Origin: Amaricoccus sp.
GTDB taxonomy: Bacteria; Pseudomonadota; Alphaproteobacteria; Rhodobacterales; Rhodobacteraceae
DNA length: 64,000 nucleotides
NCBI GenBank assembly: GCA_046348955.1
Contig: JAXMDG010000009.1
Location: forward strand, 27,465 to 91,464
Direction: 5' to 3'
Shown: positions 60,699 through 64,000 of the stretch, one piece after another
How positions within the stretch are numbered: position 1 is the first letter of the stretch
Layout: each line of letters begins with the position of its first letter
Translations under genes and position numbers: made by a program
Notes under the pieces: generated by a model
Told to the model about the DNA's origin: nothing
The model's input: the letters and a program-made list of their open reading frames with translations, nothing else
The model's database searches: none

Positions 60699-62651
60699 CT
60701 ATCCGGTGCCGCGGATGTCGGCGGCCAGCTCGACCGGCGCGGGCTGGCCCTTCAGCCGGACGCGGTAGACCTGGATCCCTTCCAGCACCCGCATCACATA
60801 GTTCCGCGTCTCCTTGAACGGGATCGACTCGATCCAGACCGCCGGATCCGCCCCGTCCTTGCGCGGGTCGCCCAGGCTCGCAAGCCAGGCATCGGCCCGG
60901 TTCGGCCCGGCATTGTAGGCGGCTGCGGCGAGCAGCGCCGAACCGCCATAGCGCTCGAGCATCCGCTCGAGATAGCCGGTCCCGAGCCGGGCATTGTAGA
61001 GCGGGTCGCGGCCCAGCCGATCGGGATCGAACGGGATCCCCTCTTCCAGCGCCACGGAGCGGGCGGTTGCCGGCATCAGCTGCATCAGCCCCTTGGCGCC
61101 GGCATCGCTCGCCGCGGTCGGGTCGAGCTCGCTCTCCTGCCGGGCGATCGCGAGCGCCAGCTCGGTCGGGACCGGCCAGCGCTGCCCGGCGATCTCGTTC
61201 AGCGGGTAATATTGCCGCGGCAGGACCAGGCCCTCGCCTGCCGCGTCCTTGGCGATGCGGATGCCGATCTGCGGGGCGCCGAGGTCGATCGCCATCTGGG
61301 CCAGGGCCGCGCGCGCGCTCGCCGGCTGGCCGGACGCCGCCTGGCGAAAGAACAGCGAGGCGCGGCCGTCCTCGCCCGCGCGCAGGAGCAGCGTCCCCGC
61401 CTGGACCACCGGCCGGGCCATGAAGCCCTCGGTTCGCCAGTCCGGCACCGGCGCGTCCCCGACCAGCCGCGCGTCGAGTTCCTGACCGGCGCGCTCGGCG
61501 GCGAGCTGGCCGTAGAAGCTCGTCTGCTGCGTCGCCGCCTCCCGGAATGCCGCTTCGGCCGCGTCCGCGTGGCCCGCGCGCTCCTCGGCCAGGCCGAGCC
61601 AGTAGCCTGCGCGGCCGAGGCTGATCGGGGTGAAGACCAGGCTGCGGAAGCGGCGGAAATGATCGGCGGCGCGCCGGGGATCGTCCATCCGGGTCAGCGC
61701 GATGAAGCCGGCCAGCCATTCGGCGTCGGCCGTGTCCGACCCCGCGGTCCCGTATCCCTTCGCGGCCAGTCCATAGGCGGTTTCGACATCGCCGCGCGAC
61801 AGCGCCTCCCGCGCGAGATCGGCCCGCTTTTCCATCCAGATTTCCGGCCGCCCGAGCGTCTCGGCCGAGGACGAGGCGCGCAGCATCCAGGCCTCGGCAT
61901 CCTCCCAATGCCCCTGCCGCAGCCGGTAGAGATAGCGCTCATAGACGAGCCCCGGATCCTGCTGCAGCCGCGGGGGCAGAGCCGCGATCATCGCCGTTGT
62001 CCCGTCGGCATCGCGCCGGACCGCGATCCGCGCCTTCGCCAGCGCCGCGGTGTCGGCGTCGACCGACGGCAGCATCGCCTCCGCCTCGCTGGTCAGCCCG
62101 CGCCAGAGCAGCATGTCGAGCCTCCTGCGGTCCAGCCGCGCCGCGACGTCGGGCCAGTCGCGCTGGATGGCCTCGGCCTCGGCCCCGGTCAGGCTGAGCT
62201 CGGTCCAGGCGCGCGCAATCGCCTGCTGCGCCGCCGCCTCGTGCCCGACCGCCGCCTGGGCCTGCGCCAGCCGCAGCGCCCCGGTTCCGGTCTGCGGCGG
62301 GGACGCGGCGAAGAAGCCGATCACCTCGGCGGGCGGCAGCCCCTTCGGCATCCTGGTCTCGGCCTGGCGCCGCAGCGATGCCGCCGCGGGCCAGTCGGGA
62401 TTGCGCGCCAGGAACGCGGTATAGTCCGGCCAGTCGCCGGTCCCATCGCGCAGCCGGAGCCAGGTGACGATCTCGGCCGCCACCGTCCCGGCCGACTGCG
62501 CCGCGGCCGTCGCCCCGTCCCAGTCCCCGCTCCGCGCCTCGCCGAGCGCGCGCGCCAAGGCCGCGCCCTGCTCCGCGCTCTGCGCCCGAACGCCGCCCGG
62601 CGCGAGCGCGATCCCGACAAGCAGCAGGGCCGCCAATGGTTCCGTGCGCAT
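60699..62651 (-). CDS. Soluble lytic transglycosylase (Slt70-like)
   Basis: Signal peptide; IARQES, GLMQLMP, AYNAGP, ETRNYV. Confidence 0.9.
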   Translation of the reverse strand: MRTEPLAALLLVGIALAPGGVRAQSAEQGAALARALGEARSGDWDGATAAAQSAGTVAAEIVTWLRLRDGTGDWPDYTAFLARNPDWPAAASLRRQAETRMPKGLPPAEVIGFFAASPPQTGTGALRLAQAQAAVGHEAAAQQAIARAWTELSLTGAEAEAIQRDWPDVAARLDRRRLDMLLWRGLTSEAEAMLPSVDADTAALAKARIAVRRDADGTTAMIAALPPRLQQDPGLVYERYLYRLRQGHWEDAEAWMLRASSSAETLGRPEIWMEKRADLAREALSRGDVETAYGLAAKGYGTAGSDTADAEWLAGFIALTRMDDPRRAADHFRRFRSLVFTPISLGRAGYWLGLAEERAGHADAAEAAFREAATQQTSFYGQLAAERAGQELDARLVGDAPVPDWRTEGFMARPVVQAGTLLLRAGEDGRASLFFRQAASGQPASARAALAQMAIDLGAPQIGIRIAKDAAGEGLVLPRQYYPLNEIAGQRWPVPTELALAIARQESELDPTAASDAGAKGLMQLMPATARSVALEEGIPFDPDRLGRDPLYNARLGTGYLERMLERYGGSALLAAAAYNAGPNRADAWLASLGDPRKDGADPAVWIESIPFKETRNYVMRVLEGIQVYRVRLKGQPAPVELAADIRGTG

Positions 62652-62810
62652 GCCCGTCCCTGGAAATCCGTCCGTCGCGGCAACCCTAGCACAAGCGCAT
62701 CGCTCCGTCTGCAACCGACACGTGCTTGCCGGGTCGTGGGCCGGCGGTCGCCCGGTTGCCGAGCGGGCCGGCCGGGGCTAGCCTGCGCCGGGCTGTAACC
62801 GGAGGCGCGA

Positions 62811-63797
62811 ATGACGATCAGGCGGGCGAAGCGGGCGGCCTTGGCGGCAGCCCTGTCGGTCCTCGCGGTGCTGAGCGGCGGACCGGCGCCGGCCGCCGAT
62901 CCCGTCCTGGCGCGAACCGGCACCGGCAGCCTCGCCGGCGTCTATTTCCCGGTCGGGGTCGCGCTCTGTCGGCTGGTCAACCAGCACCGGCCCGAGACCA
63001 ACCTGCGCTGCGCCGCCCAGCCGAGCGCCGGCTCGGTGCAGAATCTGGGCGACCTGCGCGCCGGCACCCTCGCCCTCGCCCTGGTCCAGTCCGACAGCCA
63101 GGAGCAGGCGCTGCGCGGCACCGGCCCCTTCGCCGACCAGGGACCGTTCGACAGCCTTCGCGCCGTCGCCTCGCTCTATCCCGAGCCGCTGACCATCGTC
63201 GCCCGCGCCGATGCAGGCATCGCCCGGCTCGACGACCTCAAGGGCAAGCGCGTGGCGATCGGGGCGCCGGGATCGGGCCAGCGCGCGCTGATGGACCTGC
63301 TGGTCCCGGCGCTCGGCTGGAGCCTCGCCGATTTCGCCGCGACCCCCGAATTCCCGCCCGAACAGCTCTCCCGCGCGCTCTGCAGCGGCGCGATCGACGC
63401 CTTCGTCCAGGCGGTCGGCCATCCGGCGCTGGTGATCCTCGAGGCGACCAGCGACTGCGATACCCGGCTCGTCCCGGCCCAGGGCCCCGCCATCGACCGG
63501 CTGGTCGCGGATCATCCCGCCCTGGTCGAGGCGACCGTCCCGGGCGGCCTCTACCGCGGCAACCCGCAACCCGTGCCCACCTTCGGCGTCAGCGCCACCC
63601 TCGTCACCCGCGCCGACATCCCGGAGGACGAGATCTATACCGTCACCCGCTCGATCTTCGAGGACCTGCCCACCCTGCGCGGGCTCAACCCGGCGCTCGC
63701 GACCCTCGACCCCAAGGCCATGGCGACCGAGGCGCTCACCGCCCCCCTCCATCCCGGCGCCGCGCGCTACTATCGCGAGGCGGGCCTGCTTCCATGA
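62811..63797 (+). CDS. TAXI-family TRAP transporter solute-binding protein
   Basis: TG...GVYFPVG, GSVQN, LYPE, PLHPGA.RYY. Confidence 0.88.
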   Translation: MTIRRAKRAALAAALSVLAVLSGGPAPAADPVLARTGTGSLAGVYFPVGVALCRLVNQHRPETNLRCAAQPSAGSVQNLGDLRAGTLALALVQSDSQEQALRGTGPFADQGPFDSLRAVASLYPEPLTIVARADAGIARLDDLKGKRVAIGAPGSGQRALMDLLVPALGWSLADFAATPEFPPEQLSRALCSGAIDAFVQAVGHPALVILEATSDCDTRLVPAQGPAIDRLVADHPALVEATVPGGLYRGNPQPVPTFGVSATLVTRADIPEDEIYTVTRSIFEDLPTLRGLNPALATLDPKAMATEALTAPLHPGAARYYREAGLLP

Positions 63798-63908
63798 CCC
63801 GCAGCCCGCGATATCTAGCGGGCGACGCGGCGGCCCCCGCCATATGGTGTTGACAGCCGGGGGCATACCCGCAAAAGTTGCTCCTTCCAGTCGGTGCCGG
63901 GGGAACCC

Positions 63909-64000
63909 TTGCATTTCACCAAGCTGCGCCTCGTCGGCTTCAAGAGCTTCGTCGATCCCACGGAGCTGATGATCCAGCCGGGCCTGACCGGCGTCGTGGG
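63909..64000 (+). CDS. smc: 5' end of chromosome segregation protein SMC (partial)
   Basis: TTG start; [17 protein letters not shown]...GLTGVVG leading into Walker A; TTGACA at 63850. Confidence 0.88.
   Translation, partial: MHFTKLRLVGFKSFVDPTELMIQPGLTGVV

Overview
A very GC-rich alphaproteobacterial chromosome segment whose gene content and order look Rhodobacteraceae/Paracoccaceae-like. It is mostly housekeeping: rpoN end-hpf-ptsN, leuC, cysQ-kdsB-galU, ilvC with two Lrp regulators, carA, a xylose cluster, tRNA-Leu(CAG), ribE-ribB-ribH-nusB, an Mrp antiporter operon, tauABC, rsmD-recQ, sseA, an aromatic aminotransferase, slt, and the start of smc. One intact IS21 element (1405-3894) has an 8-bp target duplication. 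The most notable non-obvious signal is a dispersed non-coding module found five times, always just 3' of a stop codon: a perfect palindrome GTCGCACGCGTGCGAC, an IHF-consensus-like site exactly 19 bp away, and a weak motif 46-47 bp away. Two copies also carry a ~220-bp structured element with compensatory base changes. A second unusual unit is a chain of ATGA-overlapping genes (ECF sigma without its anti-sigma, asparaginase, a SPASM-first radical SAM protein, an unannotated 26-aa peptide) that leads into leuC. All calls come from reading the sequence by eye; no database searches were run.
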